DNA of 64,000 bases from Alphaproteobacteria bacterium (GCA_965225945.1 CBDDBZ010000034.1:128001-192000); one strand, 5' to 3'. Positions 30,034 through 40,573 are shown, counted from the stretch's first letter. The notes: generated from the sequence alone by a model not told the origin. Made by a program: numbers and translations.

Positions 30034-30486
30034 ATGGATTTGACCCTCCGTCCCGAGGACCAGGCCTTCCAGGACGAGGTCAGAGCCTTCATCGCCGACA
30101 GCCTGAGCGACGACATGGTCGAGGCGAACCGGCTCACCAGCGGCATCTTCGCCGAGATCGAGATCCGCGCCATCGACGCCACCGAGCAGCGGCTGATGAG
30201 CGAGATGAGCCAGGGGCAGAACCCGGGCGCCGCCTCGTCCATGGTGAAGACCCTCGGCTCGGAGGTGAACCAGCGGGTGAGCGAGCTCGGCATCGAGGCG
30301 ATCGCCCATTACGGCTTCCCCCACCAGCCCGAGGCCCGCGTTCCCGGCGGCAACGTCGAGCCGATCGGGCCCGACCACGCGGTACCGGCCATGGCGCGCT
30401 ATCTGAACACGCGCGCGCATTCGATCTATGCCGGCTCCAACGAGATCCAGCGCAACATCATGGCCAAGCTGGTCCTGGGTCTGTGA
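30034..30486 (+). pseudogene. Acyl-CoA dehydrogenase (PimC-like) with a large in-frame internal deletion
   Basis: ACAD N-terminus (MDLTLRPEDQAFQDEVRAF) joined directly to C-terminus (SIYAGSNEIQRNIMAK); only 150 aa. Confidence 0.82.
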
Positions 30487-31901
30487 GCCTCGAGATGTCG
30501 AACCGCGCCGCCGCTATTCGCTGGATCGAGGCCTATTTCGACGACGGCCGCTTCGTCGAGGATCTGGCCCGCCGGGTGGCGATCCCCACGAGCGCGCAGG
30601 TGCCGGAGCACCGCCCCGATCTCTATCGCTATCTGGGCGAGGAGATCGCGCCGACGCTTCGTACCATGGGCTACGCGACCGAGGTGCTGGACAACCCGGT
30701 GGCCGCGGGCGGCCCCTTCCTGATTGCCGAGCGGCACGAGGGGGAGGACCTGCCGACGGTGCTGACCTACGGCCACGGCGACGTGGTCCGGGGCCTGGAG
30801 GGGGAGTGGCGCGCTGGGCTGGAGCCCTGGACGCTGATCCGCGAGGGCGACCGCCTCTACGGTCGCGGCACTGCCGACAACAAGGGCCAGCACAGCATAA
30901 ACATCGCCGCCCTCCAGGCCGTGCTGGCGACCCGAGGCCGCCTCGGCTTCAACTCCCGTATCCTGCTGGAGTGTTCGGAGGAGCTGGGCTCGCCCGGCCT
31001 CGACGCCTTTGCCGAGAGCCATCGCGATTCGCTGGCCGCCGATGTTCTGATCGGCTCCGACGGGCCGCGCCTCAAGCCGGAGGTGCCGACGTTGTTCATG
31101 GGCACGCGGGGTGCCATGAACTTCGAGCTGGTGGTGAACTTGCGCGAGGGCGCGCATCACTCGGGCAACTGGGGCGGGCTGATTTCCAACGCCGGGACGC
31201 GCCTCGCCAACGCGCTCGCCACCCTGGTCGGGCCCAAGGGCGAGATCCTGCTGGAGGATCTGAAGCCGGAAGCGATCCCGAATTCGGTCCGCGTGGCGCT
31301 GGCCGATTGCGAGGTCGACGGCGGCGAGGACGGGCCGGCGGTCGAGCCCGATTGGGGCGAGCCCGGCCTGACGCCACAGGAGCGGGTGTTCGGCTGGAAC
31401 GCCTTCGAGATCCTGGCCTTCAAGGCCGGCAACCCCGATCGCGTGGTGAACGCGATCCCGCCCCGTGCGACGGCCTGGTGCCAGATCCGCTTCACCGTCG
31501 ACCGCGATTCCGAGAGCTTCCTGCCGGCGATCCGCCGCCATCTCGATGCCGAGGGTTACGGCGACGTGGGGGTGGAGCAGGGCATGCGCTCGTTCTACAT
31601 GAAGGCGACGCGGCTGCTGCCCGACCACCCCTGGGTGCAATGGACCGTGGGCTCGCTCGAGCGCACGCTCGCTCGCCGCCCGATGATCGTGCCGAACCTG
31701 GGCGGCTCGCTGCCCAACGACGTCTTCGCCCAGACCATCGGTATGCCGACCATCTGGGTCCCGCACTCCTATGCGTCGTGTTCCCAGCACGCGCCGAACG
31801 AACACCTGCTCGCCTCCGTCGCGCGCGAGGGATTGCAGATAATGACAGGTATATTTTGGGACTTGGGCGAGGGCGGGACGCCGGGCCGCGAGACGGCGTG
31901 A
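30483..31901 (+). CDS. M20-family metallopeptidase
   Basis: YGHGDVV, GRGTADNKG, SEE, QHAPNEH. Confidence 0.93.
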   Translation: MSLEMSNRAAAIRWIEAYFDDGRFVEDLARRVAIPTSAQVPEHRPDLYRYLGEEIAPTLRTMGYATEVLDNPVAAGGPFLIAERHEGEDLPTVLTYGHGDVVRGLEGEWRAGLEPWTLIREGDRLYGRGTADNKGQHSINIAALQAVLATRGRLGFNSRILLECSEELGSPGLDAFAESHRDSLAADVLIGSDGPRLKPEVPTLFMGTRGAMNFELVVNLREGAHHSGNWGGLISNAGTRLANALATLVGPKGEILLEDLKPEAIPNSVRVALADCEVDGGEDGPAVEPDWGEPGLTPQERVFGWNAFEILAFKAGNPDRVVNAIPPRATAWCQIRFTVDRDSESFLPAIRRHLDAEGYGDVGVEQGMRSFYMKATRLLPDHPWVQWTVGSLERTLARRPMIVPNLGGSLPNDVFAQTIGMPTIWVPHSYASCSQHAPNEHLLASVAREGLQIMTGIFWDLGEGGTPGRETA

Positions 31902-31917
31902 GGGATCGGCGGAGCCT

Positions 31918-33237
31918 GTGAAGCTCGGCGGTTTCGACGCCATCCGGCGCACCCTCGGGCATCGCGACTACGGCCTCTACAGCGCCGGCAACGCGGTCTC
32001 CCTGGTCGGCAACTGGGTGCAGCGCGTGGCGGTCGGTTGGCTCGCCTGGGAGCTCACGCATTCCGGCGCCTGGCTCGGCCTCCTGGCCATGGCCGAGCTC
32101 TCGCCGGCCCTGGTGCTGGGGCCGCTCGGCGGCGCGGTGGCCGACCGGGGCGGCCGGCTGCGCCTGATCGCAATCGCCCAGGCGGTTTCGATGGCGACCT
32201 CCCTCGTGCTGGTGGGACTGATCGTCACCGATTGGGTCACGCCGGAACTGCTGATCCTGGTGGTGCTGATCTCCGGCGCGGCGCAGGGCTTCATCCAGCC
32301 GGCCCGCCTCGCCCTGGTGCCGAGCCTGGTGCCGCGCGAGGACATCCCGACCGCCGTCGCCGTCAACGCCATCATTTACAACCTCGCCCGCTTCATCGGC
32401 CCGGCGCTGGCCGGCGTGCTGATCGTCACCCTCGACGTCGCCGCCGCCTTCGTCGTCAACGCAGGCAGCTACCTCGCCTTCCTCCTGGTGCTCACTCGAA
32501 TTCGGCTGCGCCACGACATCGTCGACACGAGCCGCTCGCGGAACACCTCGCTGCTGGCGGACATCGGCGAGGGCCTGGCCTATGCCGCCCGTCATCCCGG
32601 GATCGGTCCGCTGCTGCTGCTCGCGGTGGTGATGTCGCTCGGTGTCCGGCCCTATGTCGAGCTGCTGCCGGGCTTCGCCGACGCGGTCTTCAAGGGCGGC
32701 GCGGAGACGCTGGCGGCGCTCACCTCGACGATCGGCGCCGGCGCGATTTTGAGCGGTTTCTGGCTGGCCCAGCGCGGCGATCGGGAGGGGCTCGGCCGCA
32801 TTACGCTTCTGGCCATGGGGGTTCTGATCCTGTCCGTGATCGGCTTTGCCGCGACCGATAGCTTCGCCCTGGCGCTCGTGGCGATGGGTGTCTCGGGTCT
32901 CTCCATGGTGGTCGGCGGGGTCGGCGCCCAGACGCTGATCCAGCTCTCCATCCGGCCCGAGATGCGGGCCCGGGTGATGAGCCTCTATGGCCTGATCTTT
33001 CGCGGCGGACCAGCGGCGGGTGCCTTGGCGATGGGTGCGGCCTCGGAGGTGGTGGGGCTGCGCTGGCCCTTGGCGGTGGGCGGCCTGGCGGCGCTCGCGG
33101 TCTGGGCCTTCACTTGGATACGCCGCCGGGATGCGATCTCCGATCTCGAAGGCCGGGGCCAGACCCGTGAATCGCCAACCGGTGAGCGAGAGGCTAATCT
33201 GGCGGCCGAGAAACCATCGCGCGAGGGGGGGGAATGA
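31918..33237 (+). CDS. MFS transporter
   Basis: About 12 TM segments, GAVADRGGR, NLARFIGPA. Confidence 0.92.
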   Translation: MKLGGFDAIRRTLGHRDYGLYSAGNAVSLVGNWVQRVAVGWLAWELTHSGAWLGLLAMAELSPALVLGPLGGAVADRGGRLRLIAIAQAVSMATSLVLVGLIVTDWVTPELLILVVLISGAAQGFIQPARLALVPSLVPREDIPTAVAVNAIIYNLARFIGPALAGVLIVTLDVAAAFVVNAGSYLAFLLVLTRIRLRHDIVDTSRSRNTSLLADIGEGLAYAARHPGIGPLLLLAVVMSLGVRPYVELLPGFADAVFKGGAETLAALTSTIGAGAILSGFWLAQRGDREGLGRITLLAMGVLILSVIGFAATDSFALALVAMGVSGLSMVVGGVGAQTLIQLSIRPEMRARVMSLYGLIFRGGPAAGALAMGAASEVVGLRWPLAVGGLAALAVWAFTWIRRRDAISDLEGRGQTRESPTGEREANLAAEKPSREGGE

Positions 33238-34448
33238 CCGAGGGGTGGCCACTCGAGGACGTCCAGGTCTTGGAATTCTCGCACGCCATCATGGGCCCGT
33301 CGGCCGGCATGATCTTGGGCGATCTCGGCGCCGATGTGATCAAGATCGAGCCGGTGCCCGCGGGCGATAGGACCCGCTGGCTGAAGACCGTGGGGCTAGG
33401 CTTCTTCCCCTATTTCGGCCGCAACAAGCGGAGCCTGGCGATCGACGTCCAGGCGCCCGAATGTCGCCAGGTGATCGACGCCCTGGTGGCCCGATGCGAC
33501 GTTGTGCTGGAAAATTTCGCCCCCGGCTCGATGGAGCAATGGCAACTCGGCTACGAGCGGCTGGCCGAGATCAATCCCGGCCTGATTTACTGCGCCCTCA
33601 AGGGCTTCCTCTCCGGGCCCTACGAGCACCGCCGGGCGCTGGACGAGGTCGCCCAGATGATGAGCGGGCTCGCCTACATGACTGGGCCGGAGGGCCGGCC
33701 CTTGCGCGCCGGCACCTCGGTGATCGACATCTTGGGCGGGCTCGGCGGCGTGGTCGGCATCCTGGCGGCGCTGCGCGAGCGAGACCGCAGCGGCCGGGGC
33801 CAGAAAGTGAAATCGGGCCTGTTCGAGGCCGCGAGCTTCATCATGGGCCAGCAGATGGTGCAGTCGATGCTCACCGGCGAAGTGCCGGTGACCATGGCGC
33901 GGCCGGTCCGGGCCTGGGGGGTCTACGACATCTTCACCTCGAGCGACGAAAAGATGATCTTCATCGGCGTGGTGACCGAGACCCAGTGGCGCCGCTTCTG
34001 CGAGGTCTTCGAGCGCGCCGATCTCGCGGCCGACCCCCGCCTCGCCAGCAACGCGGAGCGGGTCGAGCAGCGCGAGTGGCTGATCCCCTCGCTGGCTGAA
34101 TTCTTCCGTGGCTTCGCCGCCGCCGAGCTGTTGGCGAAGGCGGAGGAAGCGGCGCTCGCCTTCGGCCCGGTCAACCGGCCGGACCATCTGCTCGACGATC
34201 CGCACCTGAACCACGAGGGCCGCCTGGTCGAGGTGACCTTGCCCGACGGCAAGGTGGTGAAGGCGCCGCGCTTCTACGTCGAGATGGGGAACCGCTGGTT
34301 CTCCGCCCGGCGCAACCCGCCCGGGGTCAGCGAGCACGCCTGGGAAGTCCTGCGCGGCGCCGGCATCAGTGACGGCGAGATCGAGGAATTGGCCGCCAAG
34401 GGCCTGATCGTGCTACCCGAGCCGCCCGGGGAACGGGCGGCGGAATAG
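33234..34448 (+). CDS. CaiB/BaiF family III CoA-transferase
   Basis: LGDLGADVIKIEP, RNKRS, ENFAPG, SVIDILGG. Confidence 0.93.
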   Translation: MTEGWPLEDVQVLEFSHAIMGPSAGMILGDLGADVIKIEPVPAGDRTRWLKTVGLGFFPYFGRNKRSLAIDVQAPECRQVIDALVARCDVVLENFAPGSMEQWQLGYERLAEINPGLIYCALKGFLSGPYEHRRALDEVAQMMSGLAYMTGPEGRPLRAGTSVIDILGGLGGVVGILAALRERDRSGRGQKVKSGLFEAASFIMGQQMVQSMLTGEVPVTMARPVRAWGVYDIFTSSDEKMIFIGVVTETQWRRFCEVFERADLAADPRLASNAERVEQREWLIPSLAEFFRGFAAAELLAKAEEAALAFGPVNRPDHLLDDPHLNHEGRLVEVTLPDGKVVKAPRFYVEMGNRWFSARRNPPGVSEHAWEVLRGAGISDGEIEELAAKGLIVLPEPPGERAAE

Positions 34449-34698
34449 CCGGCGCGAGCGAGCGCCGTCATGGCGCGCGGGCGGCGTTTTATCGCCGCCT
34501 CCGGCACGACGGCGAGCCCGTCCCAGAACCGGTCACTTCGCGCGCTACCTAATCCGGCCACTTCACGCGTCACCTACACCTGCAACGATTGTGCGTCACG
34601 AATCGGCGGCATAGTCCCCGAGGGTCCCTAGTGATCAACATACCGTCCTGCAGTCACCGTTGTACCATCCGACGCCTCTAATATTTACGCTTGAACTC

Positions 34699-35076
34699 TT
34701 ACTCGACGATTTTCCAGTAAGCGTCTTTCATAATCACTTTGCCATCTCGAAATTTATAGAAGTCACATCCCCGGACTTCGATCCTCTGGCCGGCCGTGGT
34801 CGTGCCGGTAAGCAGCCACTTCGAGATGCCGACGTTGCCGTCAATGAAGTGACTTTCCTCACCATAGTGCACATCCGGGATGCCTTCGAAGCGCGTATTC
34901 AGCATTGCCCGTACATCATCAAAGCCCTCGGCCTTTGATCCAAAGGGATATTGCCCACGGGGCATTTGAAGGACGCAGTCATCGGCGAAGAAGCTCATCA
35001 CCTTATCGATGTCATGCGCATTGAAAGCGTTGAGCAATCCGTTCAAAACGCCGGCTACTGGAGTGTCGGCTGCCAT
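34699..35076 (-). CDS. SnoaL/NTF2-like protein in a lower-GC islet
   Basis: AFNAHDID..FADDC..GCDFYKFRDGKV..KDAYWK; RBS AGAGGAG; AT-richer codons. Confidence 0.88.
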   Translation of the reverse strand: MAADTPVAGVLNGLLNAFNAHDIDKVMSFFADDCVLQMPRGQYPFGSKAEGFDDVRAMLNTRFEGIPDVHYGEESHFIDGNVGISKWLLTGTTTAGQRIEVRGCDFYKFRDGKVIMKDAYWKIVE

Positions 35077-35213
35077 GATGATTCTCCTCTAGGTGCGAAC
35101 GTCCTTCGATCCTAGCACCTCGATCAGGTGCTCGGTAGCACGTCGGAACCTCGAACCTCGTTGCCAGTCTGCCGAACGGTTAAAATGGATCACGACTCGC
35201 CTGTTAGCGCATG

Positions 35214-35316
35214 CTAATATTACGGGTGGCGTTGGGGAAGAACAGACGTGGTCGGACCGACCGCGAACATCGACCCGTCCGTGGACTTGCCCGCGTGCCC
35301 GGCGCGGCCCCGGCCG
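35214..35316. repeat. Dispersed ~100-bp noncoding repeat, copy A
   Basis: Aligns with 44858-44963; identical 27-bp core GGGGAAGAACAGACGTGGTCGGACCGA at 35234-35260. Confidence 0.8.
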
Positions 35317-35547
35317 CTCAAATTTCTCTCATGTTCGGCGCGCTTCGACAGTTCGCGAGAGCTACTCCCGCGACTGCTACCAACCGCCCCGGCGGACTGC
35401 GCCCGCGCCGCCCCGCTCCTCCTCCCGGCCATCCAGGAAAAGTGACGGAGGCGGTGAATCATGCCTCGAGGCGAGGTCGATTGAGATTCTTCCGCTAAGG
35501 TAGGCTGCGATCCGTGGCATATGCTGTCGGGCGAAGCGGAGAGAGCC

Positions 35548-37923
35548 ATGACCGTGAATAAACTCGCGAGCGACCAAATCGGCCTGCCGGAGTTTCCGCC
35601 GGTCGCGTCCGCCGCCGGCGACGTTTTCTCGCTCTCCTCGCACAAGCGGGCGCGAGAGGCGCTGGCGTTCGGCCTTTCGGTCGCGGCGCCCGGCTTCAAT
35701 ATCTTCGTCGTGGGCGACGATCGCAGCGGGCGCATGACCGCGACTCTGGACTATTTGCAAAAGGCGGTGGCGGAACGGCCCTCGCCGCCCGACTGGCTCT
35801 ACCTCAACAACTTTCGCGAACCCCATCACCCTCGGCCCCACGCCGTGCCGGCCGGTCGGGGCCGAGTCTTCAAGGCGGCGATGGAGACGCTGCTGCCGCA
35901 GTTGCGGGAAGCCCTGAACAAGGCCTTCGGCGACGCCGGCTTCGCCAAGCAGATCGAGGCCGAAGGCGACGAGGTTCAGCGGCTGATGGGCGAGAGGATG
36001 GACGCGCTCCGCGCCACCGTGCGCGACCAGGGCTTCGATCTGTTGCAGGGCCCCCAGGGCATGTCGATCGTCGAGCTCGATGCCGAAGGCCAGCCGGCCT
36101 CGCCCGAGGGCCTGAGCGACGAGCGGCGCGAGCAACTGGAGGCCCTGACCAAGGAAGTGAACGAGAAGCTTCGCGATCTGAAGCGTGATGCCGCTCAGCG
36201 CCAGGTGCGGCTGGCCGAGAGCATTCGTGACATGACCCAGAGGGTGGCCGAAAACGCGGTCGGCGGACTGCTGGACGAGATCGCGGAACGCTTTTCCGAC
36301 CATGGCGAGATCACCACCTGGCTGGCGGATATGCGTCGCGATCTGCTGGAGAACATTGCGCTGTTTCAACCCAGGCCCGACGCCTCGCCGCCCGCGCCCG
36401 GCACGGCGCCGGAGCAGCGCTATGCCGTGAACCTGCTGGTCGATCGCGCCGACGAGCCTCATCCCAACGTCGTGCTGGAGCCAGATCCGAGCTTCGAGCG
36501 GCTCTTCGGCTATGTCGAGTATCGCCAGAGCGGCGGCATACTGGAAACCGATTTCTCGCTGATCCGCACCGGCTCGTTGCACAAGGCCAACGGCGGCATC
36601 CTGGTCCTGCGGGCCGAGAATCTGGCGGTCATGCCCGGGATCTGGCAGGCTCTGAAAGCGGCGCTGCGCGATTGCGAGATCGAGATCACCACCCAGGCCC
36701 GCCAGTCGGTGCTGCCGATCGCCGGCGCGCCGCACCCGGTGGCGATCCCCCTCGATGTGAAGGTCGTGCTGGTCGGCTCGCCGCAGTGGTACTACACCTT
36801 CTTCTCCGTCGATCCGGATTTCCAGACCTTCTTCCGGATGAAGGCCGACATCGACACCGACATGGAGGCGAGCGAGGAAAACCGCGCTCACTACGCCGGC
36901 CTGATCGAAAAAATGGCGCACGACTACGGTGAGCTGACGGTCGCGCCGGACGCGCTCGCGCGCCTCATGGCGATGGCGGCGCGCTGGTGCGGAGACCGGC
37001 GGCGCATGACGGCACAGTTCGAGCGGGTCGAGGACTGCCTTCGCGAGGCCGCGCATCTGCTGGACCCACCCTGCGAGGGGGAGGTGACGCGCGCCGCCGT
37101 CGAGGCCGCCATCGACGCCAGGCGCGAGCGCAACGCCCGCATCGAGGATCGCCTGCACGAGCAGATCGCCGAGGGGACGGTGATGATCGATGTTGCCGGC
37201 GCCGTGATCGGGCAGGTCAACGCCTTGACCGTGCGGGATACCGGCGATCATGCCTTCGGCACGCCGAGCCGCGTCACCGCCAGGGCCTCGGTCGGGCGAC
37301 GCGGCGTCATCAACATCGAGCGCGACATCGCCATGGGCGGACCGATCCAGCAGAAGGGCGCCATGGTGATAGAGGGCTTTCTCGCCGGTCACTTCGCCCG
37401 GCGTCATCCCCTCTCCTTCAACTGTTCCATCACCTTCGAGCAGAATTACGGCGGCGTCGAGGGCGACAGCGCCTCGCTGGCCGAGTTGATCGCCATTCTT
37501 TCCGACCTGTCCCGGCTACCGGTTCGCCAGGACTTGGCGATCACCGGCTCGGTCAATCAGCACGGCGAAAGTCAAGCGGTGGGTGGGGTACACCATAAGA
37601 TCGAGGGTTTCTTCCGAACCTGTTCCGATCGCGCGCCACTGAGCGGCACCCAGGGGGTGGTGGTCCCGCGCTCCAACGAGCCGAGCCTCGTGCCACGCGA
37701 CGCGATCGTCGAGGCGGTGGCGGGGAATCGCTTTCACATCTGGTCGGTCGAGACCATCGACGAGGCCCTCGAGCTGTTCCTCGGCCTCCCGGCGGGCGAA
37801 CCCGATGGCGACGGCGACTACCCGCCGGACACGATTTATGGGCTGGTCGCCGCCGAACTCGGGCGTTTCGACGCTATCCTACGCGGCGAACGGGACGGCG
37901 AGCCGGAAGATCGGGAGGCATAG
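35548..37923 (+). CDS. Lon-like (LonB/LonC-type) AAA protease
   Basis: GSLHKANGG, GQVNAL, GVEGDSAS (Ser) and GGVHHKIEGF (Lys) dyad; degenerate Walker A GDDRSGRMT. Confidence 0.9.
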   Translation: MTVNKLASDQIGLPEFPPVASAAGDVFSLSSHKRAREALAFGLSVAAPGFNIFVVGDDRSGRMTATLDYLQKAVAERPSPPDWLYLNNFREPHHPRPHAVPAGRGRVFKAAMETLLPQLREALNKAFGDAGFAKQIEAEGDEVQRLMGERMDALRATVRDQGFDLLQGPQGMSIVELDAEGQPASPEGLSDERREQLEALTKEVNEKLRDLKRDAAQRQVRLAESIRDMTQRVAENAVGGLLDEIAERFSDHGEITTWLADMRRDLLENIALFQPRPDASPPAPGTAPEQRYAVNLLVDRADEPHPNVVLEPDPSFERLFGYVEYRQSGGILETDFSLIRTGSLHKANGGILVLRAENLAVMPGIWQALKAALRDCEIEITTQARQSVLPIAGAPHPVAIPLDVKVVLVGSPQWYYTFFSVDPDFQTFFRMKADIDTDMEASEENRAHYAGLIEKMAHDYGELTVAPDALARLMAMAARWCGDRRRMTAQFERVEDCLREAAHLLDPPCEGEVTRAAVEAAIDARRERNARIEDRLHEQIAEGTVMIDVAGAVIGQVNALTVRDTGDHAFGTPSRVTARASVGRRGVINIERDIAMGGPIQQKGAMVIEGFLAGHFARRHPLSFNCSITFEQNYGGVEGDSASLAELIAILSDLSRLPVRQDLAITGSVNQHGESQAVGGVHHKIEGFFRTCSDRAPLSGTQGVVVPRSNEPSLVPRDAIVEAVAGNRFHIWSVETIDEALELFLGLPAGEPDGDGDYPPDTIYGLVAAELGRFDAILRGERDGEPEDREA

Positions 37924-38529
37924 GGGTGTCCGCAGCTTCGTCTCCGGGGCGGAATAATTCTCGACCGAGAAGTTCCGACTGATCGGTTCATGAATACCAT
38001 GTCGGTTTCATGACACGAGGACCCGACGAGCCGTTCGACCCCGAGATCGCCCTCGACAGGCCGACGGCATCAAGCAGGCCGACCGTCCGCGCGACGGGCC
38101 GGCCCTCGACGGGGCCGTGAGGAACACATCGGGAACGGATTGAACCCGGTTCCCGTCGCCATTATGTGCTATGTTGGCGAACGCGTGAACGCACCCGATC
38201 CCGCGTTCGCGTGGCGAGGGGGGCCGGGGCTCGGGCGCCGGGACCGTGCAGTCGGGTTCGAGAGGATGATCGTCGGAGATGAGCTTCAAGGTCAAATTCT
38301 GGAGCGTCCGCGGGAGTATCGCTTGCCCGTCCGCCAAATACGTCACCTATGGCGGCAACACGAGCTGCATCGAGGTCGCGCTCGGCGGCCGTCGGATCAT
38401 TCTCGATTGCGGTACCGGATTGCGGAATTTGGGTAAGTACTTCTCGCGCAAGGACACCAAGCATGCGCATATTTTCCTCACCCATACCCATTGGTGTATC
38501 GCACCCGGTTCCTTGGACACAAGTTTGTC

Positions 38530-39441
38530 TCATGCGGCGGGCCTGAGTGACATCGCGGTGTGCCACGCCTGACGAGCTTGAGCGGGGCTCAGGTAGCCGT
38601 TCTTCTCCACGATCCACTGGGCATTGTACTGTTCGACGAACCCGCGGACGGCGTTCCGCAGCTCCGCGATGTTGCGGTAGATGCGGCCATGGATGATCTG
38701 TTCCTTGAGCGTGCGATTGAACCTCTCGGCGACGCCGTTGGTCTGGGGCTGTTCGACGAAGGCGTAGGACGGCTGGATGCCCCAGAACTTGATCTGGTTG
38801 GTGAAGTGGTCCGACAGATACTGGGAGCCGTGATCCATCCGCAAGGCCAGCCCCCGCGCCGCACCGGCGGAGGTCGAGGCATACAGCCTCGCAAGCCCCA
38901 TGGAGATCGGCTGAAGGGCGGCGAAGCGGTCGCCTCGCTTGCACACATGCCAGCCGACGCACTCGGCGTTCCAATGCTCGATGGCGGTGAATATCCAGCC
39001 CCAGCCGTCGTCCACCGTGAACACCCGAACGCCGTCCGTGCCCCACATGAGGTTGGGGGCATGGGTGATGATCTCACCGACATGGGGATTTCCGCCACGG
39101 CGGCGGCAGCGATGGGGCGAGAGCAGGTTGTTCTCGCGCATCACCCGGAGCACCCGCTTGCGGGAAACACGGATGCCACGACAGACCCGAAGCCGAGCCC
39201 AGACCTTGCGGTGTCCCTCGCCCTCCCAGGGGGATGCCTCCAGGTCGGCCTCGATGGCCACCAGCAGAGCCTCGTCCGAGATCGAGGGCTTCGGTCCCCG
39301 GCGCTTTGCTGGTGGGCGCTCAGCGGTGGCCTGCTGCCGGGATTTCATGGCGTAGAACGAGGAACGGGCAAAACCCCAGGCCGCACAGACCCGCTGGAGG
39401 CCGTAGGCCAAACCCGTGCCGGGAGAGGTGGCGGCACTCAT
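38530..39441 (-). CDS. Transposase OrfB (integrase-core DDE)
   Basis: WGTDG, RMDHGSQY, NGVAERFNRTLKE. Confidence 0.93.
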   Translation of the reverse strand: MSAATSPGTGLAYGLQRVCAAWGFARSSFYAMKSRQQATAERPPAKRRGPKPSISDEALLVAIEADLEASPWEGEGHRKVWARLRVCRGIRVSRKRVLRVMRENNLLSPHRCRRRGGNPHVGEIITHAPNLMWGTDGVRVFTVDDGWGWIFTAIEHWNAECVGWHVCKRGDRFAALQPISMGLARLYASTSAGAARGLALRMDHGSQYLSDHFTNQIKFWGIQPSYAFVEQPQTNGVAERFNRTLKEQIIHGRIYRNIAELRNAVRGFVEQYNAQWIVEKNGYLSPAQARQAWHTAMSLRPAA

Positions 39442-39836
39442 CGCCGCGACCTCCGCCGCCCCAAAGGGCCGGACGTCTCCGTCTTGGCCTCCAGCAGTTC
39501 CACCTGCATGATCAACTCCCCGATCCGCTTCATGGCGATGTCCAGTTCCGCCTTTACCGGATCGCCCTTGCGTTCCTTGAGCGAGGCATCGATCCCGGCG
39601 ATCGCCTTCTCACGCCACTGCTCGAGCCGGAAAATCTCCACGCCCAACTGCCGCGACAAAAGTTCCACCGGCTCGCCACGCAAAAGCCGCAGGGCAACCT
39701 CACGCTTGCGCGTCACCGTCCACCGCTGGCCAAGTCCCAGCGGGCCTGCCGGCGAAACCTGGCCCGGGGAAAACGTGGACGAGCCAAGCTCGCCCTCGTT
39801 TACCACAGGCCCATCAACAGCAACTTTGCGGCTCAA
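39438..39836 (-). CDS. Transposase OrfA (HTH plus coiled coil)
   Basis: RWTVTRKREVALRLLRGE..LSRQLGV..KRIGEL; ATGA overlap with orfB; start uncertain. Confidence 0.85.
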   Translation of the reverse strand: MSRKVAVDGPVVNEGELGSSTFSPGQVSPAGPLGLGQRWTVTRKREVALRLLRGEPVELLSRQLGVEIFRLEQWREKAIAGIDASLKERKGDPVKAELDIAMKRIGELIMQVELLEAKTETSGPLGRRRSRR

Positions 39837-40573
39837 AATTGTCGGTCATGTTCCGGTCCTCCTTGGACACTTCGATTAAGCCAATTCTGTGTCCAAGGAA
39901 ATCGGGTCCGACTCACCCATACCCATTGGGACCACATCAACGGCTTTCCCTTTTTTACCCCCGGCTACCTGAAGGAAAACGCCTTCACCGTGATGGCGGG
40001 ACATCTCTACGACAGGGACTTCGGCGTGGAGGAGATCCTGGCCGGCCAGATGTCCCAGCCGACGTTTCCGGTGCCCCTCGATATCATGGCCGCGAAGCTG
40101 GATTACGTCGACTTCGAGGGCGGCGAAAGCTTCGACCTCGGCGCCGGAATCAAGATCAAAACCTGCAAGCTCAACCATCCCGACAATGCCACCGGCTACC
40201 GGATCGAATACCAGGGCGCCTCGATGTGTTACCTCACGGACACAGAGCACGTGCCCGACAAGCCGGACCAAAACATCCTGGGCCTGATCGAGGGCGCCAA
40301 TCTGGTGATCTACGACTCGACCTACACGGACAAGGAATTCAAGGACAAGATCGGTTGGGGGCATTCGACCTGGCAGGAAGGCGTGCGCCTCTGCAAGGCC
40401 GCCAACGTCGGCCGGCTAGCCATATTTCACCACGATCCCGACCACGAGGACCCCTTCATGGAGCAATTGGAGGCGGAGGCGCGCTTCGCCTGGTCCGGCG
40501 CCTTCGTCGCCCGCGAGAACATGCGGATCTTCCTGAGCCGCTGATTCGGCCCCGGGAATTGATACCACCCGCC

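Larger units (their letters stand above)
38495..39915 (-). mobile_element. IS3/IS481-like element with two ORFs
   Basis: TG...CA ends, imperfect TIR sharing TTCCTTGGACACA; 14-bp TSD CCCATACCCATTGG; 1421 bp. Confidence 0.92.
38279..40544 (+). pseudogene. MBL-fold metallo-hydrolase interrupted by an IS
   Basis: VRGS..YGGNTSC..LDCGTG..THTHW before the IS; THTHWDH..GWGHST..FHHDP after it. Confidence 0.92.

Noticed and set aside
35171-35210. Integron attC or dif/pdif site near the SnoaL gene
   Set aside because: Too short, poor match to RYYYAAC/GTTRRRY and Xer boxes, wrong side of the gene, and no integrase.
38020-38120. Loose CGAC..GGCCG repeats upstream of the MBL gene
   Set aside because: Irregular spacing and low identity in GC-rich DNA.
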